Shown here in pieces: positions 50,541-59,770 of a stretch of DNA of 64,000 nucleotides. Both the position numbers and the translations under genes were made by a program. This DNA comes from Bacteroidaceae bacterium (lineage in GTDB: Bacteria; Bacteroidota; Bacteroidia; Bacteroidales; Bacteroidaceae), in the NCBI GenBank assembly GCA_017458585.1, contig JAFTAJ010000040.1, forward strand, positions 5,422 to 69,421, given 5' to 3'. Position 1 is the first letter of the stretch, and every line of letters starts with the position of its first letter. The notes under the pieces were generated by a model. The model made no database searches and had not been told where the DNA came from. It saw only the letters and a program-made list of their open reading frames with translations.

Positions 50541-53495
50541 ATGAAAACTCTAATAAAAGCAGTGGTGTTCGCACTTCTGCTTACCTCCGCACTATCCTCT
50601 GCCAATGCGCAGGACAAGAAAGAAAAGAAGTATGACACCGAAGTTTGGGGTTATATTGTAGATGATGCAACGCAACAGCCTGTACAATGTAAAGTTTCCC
50701 TGTTACTTGCCAAGGATAGTTCTGTAGTGATTACGCAGAATACCAGTGGCGGAGATTATAGCGGCAAGCCGAGGGCGTGGTTCGTATTTATCCTTACTCA
50801 ACCAGGCGAGTATATAATCAAAGCCGAAGCTGATGGCTACGAGACCACTTACACCAACTGGAGTGTGCCTAAACTTTACAAGGGTGAGAAAATGATGAAT
50901 CTATCTAAGCCATGGTACATCCATAGAATAAAAGAAAAAAAGAATAAAGACCAGCAACTCGGAGAAGTTGTTGTGAAGGCTACTAAGGTGAAGTTTTATA
51001 TCAAGGGAGACACAGTAGTATATAACGCTGACGCTTTCGAACTGGCCGAGGGCTCTATGCTTGATGCGCTTATCAAGCAGCTACCCGGTGTGGAACTGAA
51101 GGAGGGTGGTGACATCCTCGTCAACGGGCGCCACGTGGACGAGTTGCTGCTCAACGGCAAGGATTTCCTCAACTCCGACCGCAAGGTGATGCTCGAAAAC
51201 CTGCCCACATACATGGTGAAGAATATTAAGGTATATGAGAAGAAGGATTTTATGCTTGAACAGATGGGTGACACCGTGACAAAGAAACTCGCTATGGATG
51301 TGCGCCTGAAGAAAGAATACAGCATTGGACTCATCGGCAATGTCGAGGCAGGTATCGGCACCGACCATCGCTTCCTCGGCCGCCTGTTTGGATTGCGTTT
51401 TACTCCCAATTCCAGTCTAAATTTCTATGCCAATGCCAACAATATCAACCAGGCTTATGATCCAGGCAATAAGGGCGACTGGTCACCGTTACAGCAGGCC
51501 ACTAGCGTCTATGATATCTATAAAACGGGAGCTAATTGTCAGATAGATTGGTCCCAGGCGCGCTATAAGGGGAAGGTAAGCCTTTTACATGTTGACAATA
51601 AGGGACGTCATTATACCAATAGCGAAAACTTCCTTTCCTCCGGCAACACTTTCGGGCGCTCCTTTAACAACGTTAACTATCATAACACCTCCTTCAGCAC
51701 TGACCACAGTTTTTGGACAGGTAAGGATATAGACATAGGTTCTATGGCCATATCCTTCATTTCCTTACATCCCAAACTGCAGTATGATCATTTCACGCGC
51801 AATTCTGGCAGTGGCTCAGCTACTGCTGATGAGGATGTCTATGGCTCCTACGGCAAGGAGTGGCGCGACAGCATTACCGCTCCCAACGCCGGTCAGCTGC
51901 TGCGCACTCACGCGCTTAACCGTCTGGTCAATAGCTCCAAAGGTAGCGGCCATAAGTTGAATGTGGAAACAGAAGGAGACATCTTCTTTGGTGTGGCGCA
52001 TAATGATATCTTGACACTGTGTGTAAGTGACGAGATAAAGTTTACCGATTCAAGAGACAAACTCTTTGACCACTACAATCTACAGTATCTGAAAGACAAT
52101 ACCACCGACTTCCGTAATAGATATAACCTCAACGACCAGCAGGGCTTCAGCAATATGCTTGAATTAGGAACAGTGCAGATGCATTTCTTCAAGCATCATC
52201 TTGATTTCTGGGCAAAATATAGACATAGTTATCAGCGTGAGACACAGACGCGCTCGCTCTATCTGCTTAACAAACTCGATGCGTGGGGCGAGCAGACTGA
52301 ACACGAGTTGGGCGAACTGCCTTCAGTAGATGAAATGTTGCTGGCTCTTGATAATGGCAACAGCTATCATCAACGCGAGGATATGTATAAGCATGAAGTA
52401 CAGTTGCAATTCCGTGCATTTAATTATCTCAGGGGTGACAAAAACAAGCCAAAAATTACTACCCAATTCAAGTATGAGCCAACCTTATCGTTCATATCTG
52501 AACGCCTTCAATATGAGAGAGGTGCGCTCGATACTCTGGCCAGGCGCCATTCTACGGTATTTGTCCATGGTACCACTTTGGATATATGGCCGACGGACAA
52601 AGGTTTCCCATGGCCGTGGACAAGTGGTTTCCATTATCAGCTGAAGCACCATCTCTACGACCTGAACAATCTTGTTGGCTACCGCGACGACAGCAATCCC
52701 CTCAACATCATGCTTGGCAATCCACATCTCAAGGCCGGCCGTACTCATAGTTTCTATATGTATCTCAATAGCAACATGAAGAAGCAACGACAACTCAACA
52801 CTTCTGTCACCGCCAATATCTACAGGCACCGCCTCGCCATGGGCTACACCTACGACACGCAGACAGGTGTGCGCACTGTCACGCCTGACAACATCAATGG
52901 CAACTGGGACCTCACGGGCCAACTCAATTACTCTGCACGCTTCGACAAGGACGGCAAGTTCACCTACTCCACCAGCACCGACGCCACCTACATCAACAGC
53001 GTCGATCTCATAGAGCAGCTGCGCAGCGAGGTGCACACTACCAATATCAACGAGACACTCAAACTTAACGCCCGCTTCTCCGCCAAGGCCAGCCTCAACT
53101 TCAAGGCCGACCTCCACTGGCAGCACTCCACCTCGGGGCGTGAGAACTTCAGCACCATCAACGTTGCCGACTTCGACTACGGCCTCGGCGGTGTCTTCCA
53201 GATTCCTCTCGGTTTCCAGTTCTCCACCGACATGACGATGTATTCGCGCCGCGGCTACAACGACCACTCCATGAACACTAACGAGCTGGTATGGAACGCA
53301 CGCCTCTCCCGTCACTTTGCCAAGGCTGGCCTCACCGTCATGCTCGACGCCTTCGACCTCTTCGGTCAGCTTAGCAACGTCCGCCGCACCATCAACGCTC
53401 AGGGCCGCACCGAGACATGGAGCAACGTCACTCCCCAGTACGCCATGCTCCACGTCCTCTACCGCCTCAATAAGAAGCCGAAGAAAACGGAGTAA
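50541..53495 (+). CDS. outer membrane beta-barrel family protein, paralog 2
   Basis: 984 aa with the same architecture as paralog 1. The last ~225 aa are about 96% identical to paralog 1. Confidence 0.75.
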   Translation: MKTLIKAVVFALLLTSALSSANAQDKKEKKYDTEVWGYIVDDATQQPVQCKVSLLLAKDSSVVITQNTSGGDYSGKPRAWFVFILTQPGEYIIKAEADGYETTYTNWSVPKLYKGEKMMNLSKPWYIHRIKEKKNKDQQLGEVVVKATKVKFYIKGDTVVYNADAFELAEGSMLDALIKQLPGVELKEGGDILVNGRHVDELLLNGKDFLNSDRKVMLENLPTYMVKNIKVYEKKDFMLEQMGDTVTKKLAMDVRLKKEYSIGLIGNVEAGIGTDHRFLGRLFGLRFTPNSSLNFYANANNINQAYDPGNKGDWSPLQQATSVYDIYKTGANCQIDWSQARYKGKVSLLHVDNKGRHYTNSENFLSSGNTFGRSFNNVNYHNTSFSTDHSFWTGKDIDIGSMAISFISLHPKLQYDHFTRNSGSGSATADEDVYGSYGKEWRDSITAPNAGQLLRTHALNRLVNSSKGSGHKLNVETEGDIFFGVAHNDILTLCVSDEIKFTDSRDKLFDHYNLQYLKDNTTDFRNRYNLNDQQGFSNMLELGTVQMHFFKHHLDFWAKYRHSYQRETQTRSLYLLNKLDAWGEQTEHELGELPSVDEMLLALDNGNSYHQREDMYKHEVQLQFRAFNYLRGDKNKPKITTQFKYEPTLSFISERLQYERGALDTLARRHSTVFVHGTTLDIWPTDKGFPWPWTSGFHYQLKHHLYDLNNLVGYRDDSNPLNIMLGNPHLKAGRTHSFYMYLNSNMKKQRQLNTSVTANIYRHRLAMGYTYDTQTGVRTVTPDNINGNWDLTGQLNYSARFDKDGKFTYSTSTDATYINSVDLIEQLRSEVHTTNINETLKLNARFSAKASLNFKADLHWQHSTSGRENFSTINVADFDYGLGGVFQIPLGFQFSTDMTMYSRRGYNDHSMNTNELVWNARLSRHFAKAGLTVMLDAFDLFGQLSNVRRTINAQGRTETWSNVTPQYAMLHVLYRLNKKPKKTE

Positions 53496-53515
53496 AACAT
53501 AAGAAAATCCTGCCA

Positions 53516-53582
53516 TTTGAGTTTTTTTAACAGAGAAATTAGACCAATTTCGGGTATCACGAGCGTATAATATATAGAAGGT
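53516..53582 (+). promoter_or_regulatory. conserved upstream region of OMP paralog 3, similar to the region upstream of sigma factor 1
   Basis: tttgaGTTTTTTTAACAgagaaattAGACCAAtttcgggtatcacgaGCGTATAATATATAGAAGgt. Compare 42347-42412 and GCGTATAATAAGGTGTA at 47837-47853. Confidence 0.45.
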
Positions 53583-53610
53583 GTATAGAATATAAAGGAA
53601 GAAAGAAGAA

Positions 53611-56592
53611 ATGAGAAGAATTATTTACGCCGTTTTTCTGCTTACCTCCGCACTATCCTCTGCCAATGCGCAGGACAAGCAGGATAAGGTAAAAGAAAAA
53701 GCTACGAAGGCACAATATTATCTCTACACCAAAGTATGCAATGCCTATACAGGCGAAGTGCTGATGACTGCTCCGCAAGAAGATAAAGGGGAGGACAAGA
53801 CGAAGCATTGGATTGTAGAATTCACCGACGAAGCAGGCAACTCCATGAACGACAAGATAACGTGGAGTAATCAGGATATGTATGGCTTTAAGGTTCCCAA
53901 AATGGGAGGTAAATATGTGCTGACTATTGGATTGGACGGCTACGAAACATACCACGATACTCTTGATGTTAAGCCTTTCAGAAATGAGCCTTGGCGAGAC
54001 CTCCCCGTAGTCTTGCTCAAGCCGTTGCCCAAGACGCACACGCTTAACGGAGTTACCATCTCTGCCACCAAGGTAAAGTTCACCTACAAGGGCGACACCT
54101 TGGTATATGATGCCGATGCCTTCAATACCGCCGAGGGCTCTATGCTTGATGCCCTAATCCGCCAGTTGCCAGGCACAGAGCTGAAAGATAACGGAGAGAT
54201 TTTTGTAAACGGGAAAAAGGTCGAGAGCCTTTTGCTTAACGGTGAGCCTTTCTTCCGCGGCGACAACCAGATAATGCTGGAGAACCTGCCTGCATACATG
54301 GTGAAGACCATAAATGTGTTTAACCGGCCCAATGAGGTGACGCGACTGACCGGTATTCAGCAGGGGGAGGACGAGTATGTAATGGACGTACGGTTGAAGA
54401 AAGCCTATAGCATTGGATGGATAGCCAATGCTGAGATGGGTGCAGGCAGCAGGGAGCGCTACCTGGCCCGCCTCTTCGCCCTGCGTTTCAGCGATAACTC
54501 GCGACTGGCAATATACGCAAATATCAATAACCTTAACGACAATCGCAAGCCAGGAGAGAACACGCAATGGACACCAGCGCAGATGCCCAGCGGTCTGCTT
54601 GCCACTAAGAAGGCTGGCTTCGACTACCTTGTGAAAGAAAAACTCGGAAAGTTCCGCTTGGAGGGTAACTTGGAGGGCAGCCGCATTGATGCAGACAATT
54701 ATACCGAAACGACAGCCGAAGATTTCATTGCTGCCGGCAATCAATACCGCAACAGCAGCAATGCCCTTCGCTCCAAAAACTGGAAACTTGGCACCAACCA
54801 TAATATCGAATACCATATAGGAAAAACCGAACAAAGAAAGGTGCATACCTATGCTATGCCTTCGTTCTCTTACAATCATTTTGAACGCCGTGGCTCTTAT
54901 GCCGCTGCAACATTTCGTAACAACCCCTACGAATATTGTCGTAGTGGCATCATTGACTCCATACGCAATCCTGGCAGCAGTCTGCTTCGCAAAATAGCCC
55001 TCAACCGTACCATTGACGAAAATATCTGCGAAGGTAACACCACCAACTTGTCTTTTCCCATAAGTACGTATTTTAAGGTGCTTAATGAAGACTTTGGGAT
55101 CAGTGGTGCAATCAGTCACCAGACACAGCAGCAAAAAACATTCCAACAAACACTTATTGACTATCCCGTCAGCGCAGATATGCCCGAGGATTATCGAAAC
55201 AAATATCTGTACGACTATCCCAACCGATCCACTTCATACGACCTTTCCCTCAGTTGGTTTTTCTACATTAGTCCAATAGTCCGGGGAAGTCTCTCCTACG
55301 GCTACGGTCAGGAATTCAAACGCAATAACTACGAATATAATATCCTCTCGCGTCTTGACAATTGGAACAACCAAGGCGACCATGCCCTCGGGGAGCTGCC
55401 CTCAGAGGTGGACTTCCGCTTGCGCACCATGGATGCAGAGAACTCTTTCAATATGAAGGAAATTCAAAGCGACCATAATATGGGCCTCAGCTACACATTT
55501 ACCCTTAACGATATTAAAGGCAAATGGTATCCGCGCATACAACTGAAGTTGCCTTTCACCATACGGCATAATCGCCTCAACTACTACCGCGGCAACCTCA
55601 CAGAGAGCGTGTATGACGGCATCACTCGCAAGGACTTCGTGCTCTTCAACCCCTCTCTTCACATGCACCGCAACATAAAAGCCAAGCATTACATGCTGTA
55701 TGCCGAGTTCGACTACAGCCTCACGCAGACAGCACCGCAGATGACATCGCTGCTGGAGTTTGAGCGCAGCGAAGACCCGCTCAACATCTATCTTGGCAAC
55801 AGCCAGCTGCACAAATCATCCATCCACCACATGACGCTGCGCCTGCCTTTCCGATTCAAGAAGACCAAAAGCATTCTTACTCTACAGCCCGCTTACGACA
55901 TCACTCACAATGCCATTGCATACGGCTATGTCTATGACCCCGCCACAGGCGTGCGCCACTATAGCCCCGACAATATCAACGGCAACTATCAGCTGGCCCT
56001 TGATATAAACTACACCGCGCCGCTCGATAAGAAGCAGCTGACCACACTCACCTCTACCACCCACGGACATATCAATCACGGCGTGGACCTGATAGGCATG
56101 GATGATGGCAGCGCGCCCCTGCGTTCCTCTGTCTATACCCATAGCTACACCGAGCGCTTGCGCCTCGACCGCAAGATAGGCAAGCACACCATTGGGGCCA
56201 AAACCTTCCTCGGCATAGCTCACACCTCATCCAGCCAAGACGATTTCCAGTCGCTTACGCTCTACGACTTCCACTACGGCCTCACCTCGCTCGTGAACCT
56301 GCCCCTCGGCCTCCAGCTCTCCACCGACCTCACGATGTACTCCCGCCGCGGATATGCCAGCAGCTCCGCCAACACCAACGACCTCGTGTGGAACGCCCGC
56401 GTCAGCAAGACCTTCACCAAGGCCGGCCTCACCTTCGCCCTCGATGCCTTCGACATCCTCGGCAAACTCAGCAACATCTCCCAAGTCCTCAACTCCCAGG
56501 GCCGCACCGAGACCTACCGCAACTCCTTGCCTCGTTACATCATGGCCCACGTCATCTACCGCCTCAACAAAAAACCCAAGAATAAGGAGTAA
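53611..56592 (+). CDS. outer membrane beta-barrel family protein, paralog 3
   Basis: 993 aa and more divergent. It shares 42 identical nt of signal-peptide coding sequence with paralog 2 (53638-53679 = 50577-50618) and the C-terminal ...YRLNKKPKNKE tail. Confidence 0.75.
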   Translation: MRRIIYAVFLLTSALSSANAQDKQDKVKEKATKAQYYLYTKVCNAYTGEVLMTAPQEDKGEDKTKHWIVEFTDEAGNSMNDKITWSNQDMYGFKVPKMGGKYVLTIGLDGYETYHDTLDVKPFRNEPWRDLPVVLLKPLPKTHTLNGVTISATKVKFTYKGDTLVYDADAFNTAEGSMLDALIRQLPGTELKDNGEIFVNGKKVESLLLNGEPFFRGDNQIMLENLPAYMVKTINVFNRPNEVTRLTGIQQGEDEYVMDVRLKKAYSIGWIANAEMGAGSRERYLARLFALRFSDNSRLAIYANINNLNDNRKPGENTQWTPAQMPSGLLATKKAGFDYLVKEKLGKFRLEGNLEGSRIDADNYTETTAEDFIAAGNQYRNSSNALRSKNWKLGTNHNIEYHIGKTEQRKVHTYAMPSFSYNHFERRGSYAAATFRNNPYEYCRSGIIDSIRNPGSSLLRKIALNRTIDENICEGNTTNLSFPISTYFKVLNEDFGISGAISHQTQQQKTFQQTLIDYPVSADMPEDYRNKYLYDYPNRSTSYDLSLSWFFYISPIVRGSLSYGYGQEFKRNNYEYNILSRLDNWNNQGDHALGELPSEVDFRLRTMDAENSFNMKEIQSDHNMGLSYTFTLNDIKGKWYPRIQLKLPFTIRHNRLNYYRGNLTESVYDGITRKDFVLFNPSLHMHRNIKAKHYMLYAEFDYSLTQTAPQMTSLLEFERSEDPLNIYLGNSQLHKSSIHHMTLRLPFRFKKTKSILTLQPAYDITHNAIAYGYVYDPATGVRHYSPDNINGNYQLALDINYTAPLDKKQLTTLTSTTHGHINHGVDLIGMDDGSAPLRSSVYTHSYTERLRLDRKIGKHTIGAKTFLGIAHTSSSQDDFQSLTLYDFHYGLTSLVNLPLGLQLSTDLTMYSRRGYASSSANTNDLVWNARVSKTFTKAGLTFALDAFDILGKLSNISQVLNSQGRTETYRNSLPRYIMAHVIYRLNKKPKNKE

Positions 56593-56610
56593 GAAACAAA
56601 TCTCGCAGAA

Positions 56611-56990
56611 CCTTAAACAGACTTCATAAAATCTTAGGCGGAGCTCGCGAAAACTAACGCGGACTTCGCCAAATCTTACGCTGACTTCGTAGAATTTTAC
56701 GCTGACTTCGCCAGAAAAAAGCCTGAGTTCCTGAAATTATCTTCGCCGAGACACAACTTTGACTCGGCGAAGACACACTTGTGTTTCGGCGAAGATACAT
56801 TCGTGACTCGGCGGAGATACGAGCGGGAAGTCGCGTAAAAACTGGACGAAGTCTGCTTAAAATTTGGGGAGAACACGCTAAAAATAGACGAAGGCCGCTT
56901 AAAATCTGGCGAGGGGGCGCTAATTTTTTGCGCCGGTAGCTTTAGTTTTCACGCCGGCGGCTTTAGTTTACCCGCCGAGCCCCAAACAAA
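56611..56990. repeat. ~380-bp array of ~17 degenerate ~21-nt units arranged as a long imperfect palindrome
   Basis: Left-arm units look like (a)ttTTACGCtGACTTCGcc. Right-arm units are their reverse complements (ggaCGAAGTCtGCTTAAAAtt). The central perfect 11-bp inverted repeat is TCTTCGCCGAG (56740-50) / CTCGGCGAAGA (56763-73). Confidence 0.8.
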
Positions 56991-57034
56991 TCGCAAAAAG
57001 AACACTTTTCCTTTGGGGCATGGTGAAAAATCGG

Positions 57035-57042
57035 TAATTTTG
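57035..57042 (+). promoter_or_regulatory. putative -7 box TAATTTTG for the SDR gene
   Basis: Lies 64 nt upstream of the ATG at 57106. Confidence 0.4.
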
Positions 57043-57105
57043 CTGACGAACTCCTACTGACGGAGACTGACAGGACGGAATAACAAAACAAAACTATTTA
57101 TATTT

Positions 57106-57861
57106 ATGAAGACTGTATTGATAACGGGTGCCACAAGCGGCATAGGACTGGCTTGTGCAAGAAAGTTTGCTGAGAATGGTGACAGACTGATCCTCACAGG
57201 AAGGAAAGAAGGTCTGCTCTCTGAAATACGAAAGGAACTGACCGCCAAGGGGGCGGAGGTGATCACGCTGGCCTTTGACGTCAGAGACCGCGACAAAGCG
57301 AAACAGTATATCAACGACCTGCCAGCTGAATGGCAGGAGATAGACGTGCTGGTGAATAACGCGGGCCTCGCCCTAGGGCTGGAGCCTGAGTATGAGGGCA
57401 GCTTCGAGGACTGGGAGACGATGATCGACACCAATATCAAGGGACTACTCACGATGACACGACTTGTCGTGCCCGGCATGGTGAAGCGCAACAGCGGACA
57501 TATCATCAACATCGGCTCCGTGGCAGGTGATGCTGCATACGCTAACGGCAACGTGTACTGCGCCACCAAGGCTGCGGTGAAGACTCTGTCTGACGGACTG
57601 CGCATCGACGTGGCGCACACCGCCGTTCGCGTGACTAACCTCAAGCCGGGCCTGGTGGAGACCAACTTCAGCAACACGCGCTTCCACGGCGACACCGAGC
57701 GGGCTGCCACCGTGTATAAGGGCATCAAGCCCTTGACGGGCGATGACATAGCCGACGTGGCGGTGTATGCCGCCAATGCCCCGGAGCACGTACAGATTGC
57801 CGAGGTGCTGATTCTTGCCACGCATCAGGGGAGTGGTAGCGTGATTAGCCGACAAGCTTAA
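57106..57861 (+). CDS. SDR family NAD(P)-dependent oxidoreductase (YdfG-like)
   Basis: 251 aa with TGATSGIG, NNAG and the catalytic YCATKAAV. Confidence 0.85.
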   Translation: MKTVLITGATSGIGLACARKFAENGDRLILTGRKEGLLSEIRKELTAKGAEVITLAFDVRDRDKAKQYINDLPAEWQEIDVLVNNAGLALGLEPEYEGSFEDWETMIDTNIKGLLTMTRLVVPGMVKRNSGHIINIGSVAGDAAYANGNVYCATKAAVKTLSDGLRIDVAHTAVRVTNLKPGLVETNFSNTRFHGDTERAATVYKGIKPLTGDDIADVAVYAANAPEHVQIAEVLILATHQGSGSVISRQA

Positions 57862-57916
57862 CGAAAAAGTGGCTTAATAGCTTATAGGCTTAATGGCTTA
57901 GGAAACGACTGTCGTC

Positions 57917-58004
57917 GAGCGAAGCGATAACTTCTGAGGAGCCACAGGCTCCGATAACTTCTGAGCGCGTCAGCGCGATAACTTCCGAGCGTAGCGATAA
58001 CTTC
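57917..58004 (+). repeat. 4 tandem units of [mini-hairpin] + GATAACTTC(T/C)GAG
   Basis: The units are gaGCGAAGCgataacttct, gagGAGCCacaGGCTCcgataacttct, gaGCGCgtcaGCGCgataacttcc and gaGCGTAGCgataacttc. Confidence 0.85.
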
Positions 58005-58116
58005 AAAAAAAAGAGACTTTCGACTCACGACTCTTGACTAAATAAAACGTAAACGAAAACGTGAGGCTGGAAGACGGTTTTTACGGTTTTGTCTTCGTTG
58101 TTTGAAGGAAAAAGTG

Positions 58117-58124
58117 TAATTTCG
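58117..58124 (+). promoter_or_regulatory. putative -7 box TAATTTCG for the aminotransferase gene
   Basis: gtgTAATTTCGcagc lies 25 nt upstream of the ATG at 58149. Confidence 0.4.
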
Positions 58125-58148
58125 CAGCACAAAAGGCTAAAATAGAAC

Positions 58149-59345
58149 ATGTCACTACAGATATCACATAGAGGAGTGGAGATGCCCGCTTCGCCCATCC
58201 GCAAGTTGGCACCCCTGGCAGAGGCTGCGGAAGACCGCGGCATAAAGATATATAGGCTGAATATCGGACAGCCTGACCTGCCCACACCGCCAAAGGCGCT
58301 GGAGGTGCTGAAGACCATCGACCGCACGACGCTGGAGTACAGCCCGTCGCAAGGATACCGCTCGCTGCGCAAGGCGCTGGTGAACTACTACGAGCGCTAC
58401 CAGATACACCTCACACCCAGCGAGATAATCATCACCACGGGTGGCTCGGAGGCGGTGCTGTTCGCTTTTCTGAGTTGCCTTAACCCCGGCGACGAGATAA
58501 TAGTGCCGGAGCCCGCCTACGCCAACTATATGAGTTTCGCCATCTCGGCGGGAGCGGTGATACGCACCATAGCCACCACCATCGACGAGGGCTTCTGCCT
58601 GCCCAAGGTGGAGAAGTTTGAAGAGCTTATCAACGAGCGCACAAAGGCTATCCTCATCTGCAACCCTAACAACCCGACGGGCTACCTCTACACGCAGAAG
58701 GAGATGAACCAGATACGCGACCTGGTGAAGAAATACAACCTGTATCTGTTCAGCGACGAGGTATATCGCGAGTTTATCTACACGGGCAGCCCGTATATCT
58801 CGGCGATGCACCTGGAGGGCATCGACCAGAATGTGGTGCTCATCGACTCGGTGTCGAAGCGCTACTCGGAGTGCGGCATACGCATCGGGGCGCTCATCAC
58901 CAAGAACGAGGCGGTGCGCAAGACGGTGATGAAGTTCTGCCAGGCGCGACTGTCACCGCCCCTGATAGGGCAGATGATTGCCGAGGCGTCGATAGAGGGC
59001 ACCGAGCAGTACTCGCGCGATGTGTATGAGGAATATGTGGAGCGCAGGAAATGCCTCATCGACGGGGTGAACCGCATACCGGGCTGCTATACGCCCATAC
59101 CGATGGGCGCCTTCTACACGGTGGCCAAACTGCCCGTGGACGACGCAGAGAAGTTCTGCGCATGGTGCCTGACGGACTTCAACTACGAGGGCGAGACGAT
59201 AATGATGGCTCCGGCGGCGGGCTTCTACACTTCGCCCAACCTGGGGCGCGACGAGGTGCGACTGGCCTATGTGCTGAAAAAGGAGGACCTGCAGAGGGCG
59301 CTGTTCCTGCTCGCCAAGGCGCTGGAGGAGTATAATATAGCTTAA
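58149..59345 (+). CDS. pyridoxal phosphate-dependent aminotransferase (class I, aspartate/aromatic type)
   Basis: 398 aa with NIGQPDLPTP, NPNNPTG and the PLP lysine in SVSKRYSECGIRIG. Confidence 0.85.
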   Translation: MSLQISHRGVEMPASPIRKLAPLAEAAEDRGIKIYRLNIGQPDLPTPPKALEVLKTIDRTTLEYSPSQGYRSLRKALVNYYERYQIHLTPSEIIITTGGSEAVLFAFLSCLNPGDEIIVPEPAYANYMSFAISAGAVIRTIATTIDEGFCLPKVEKFEELINERTKAILICNPNNPTGYLYTQKEMNQIRDLVKKYNLYLFSDEVYREFIYTGSPYISAMHLEGIDQNVVLIDSVSKRYSECGIRIGALITKNEAVRKTVMKFCQARLSPPLIGQMIAEASIEGTEQYSRDVYEEYVERRKCLIDGVNRIPGCYTPIPMGAFYTVAKLPVDDAEKFCAWCLTDFNYEGETIMMAPAAGFYTSPNLGRDEVRLAYVLKKEDLQRALFLLAKALEEYNIA

Positions 59346-59348
59346 TTG

Positions 59349-59601
59349 CTTAAACGAAAACGATAACGAAAACGAAAACGAAAACCGAGAAAAACTCTTT
59401 CGCTCAGGTAGAGACTATGTCTAACGGATGAAGCGTCTGCATGCTTCTCCTTATAAACAAGTTCACAGGCGAAGCCTGTAGCCACCTCATCCACCTCTGC
59501 GAGGTTATTACCTGAGCGAAAGCAAAAACACAAAAAACATCTTACGTCTTACATATTACATCTTACATCGACGAATGACGCTCACGGCTCATTGGCAAAA
59601 A
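59349..59601 (+). repeat. ~250-nt composite structured element, copy B
   Basis: The head is TTAAACGAAAACGATAACGAAAAC (59349-72). A 13-bp perfect stem is CTTTCGCTCAGGT (59396-408) / ACCTGAGCGAAAG (59509-21). An 81-nt block (59521-59601) matches copy A at 77/81. Confidence 0.85.
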
Positions 59602-59770
59602 CAAAAATAACATTTAGAGTTAAGTGCCGTAGGCACGACAGATAACAGGCAGGTGGTGCAGTTTCCGAAGGAAACAAACCCCTGCAATAGACGTAAACCA
59701 AAATAACCCCGAAGGGGCGACAGAACAACCAAATAGCTAAATGGTAAATAACTCGTAAATCGTAAATAAT

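Noticed and set aside
57917-58004. A possible CRISPR array (constant GATAACTTC units with variable inserts). The same question applies to the 21-nt array at 56611-56990.
   Set aside because: The constant part is only ~9-14 nt and the variable inserts only 5-13 nt. The units are imperfect, there is no leader or cas genes, and the variable parts are self-complementary hairpins rather than spacers.
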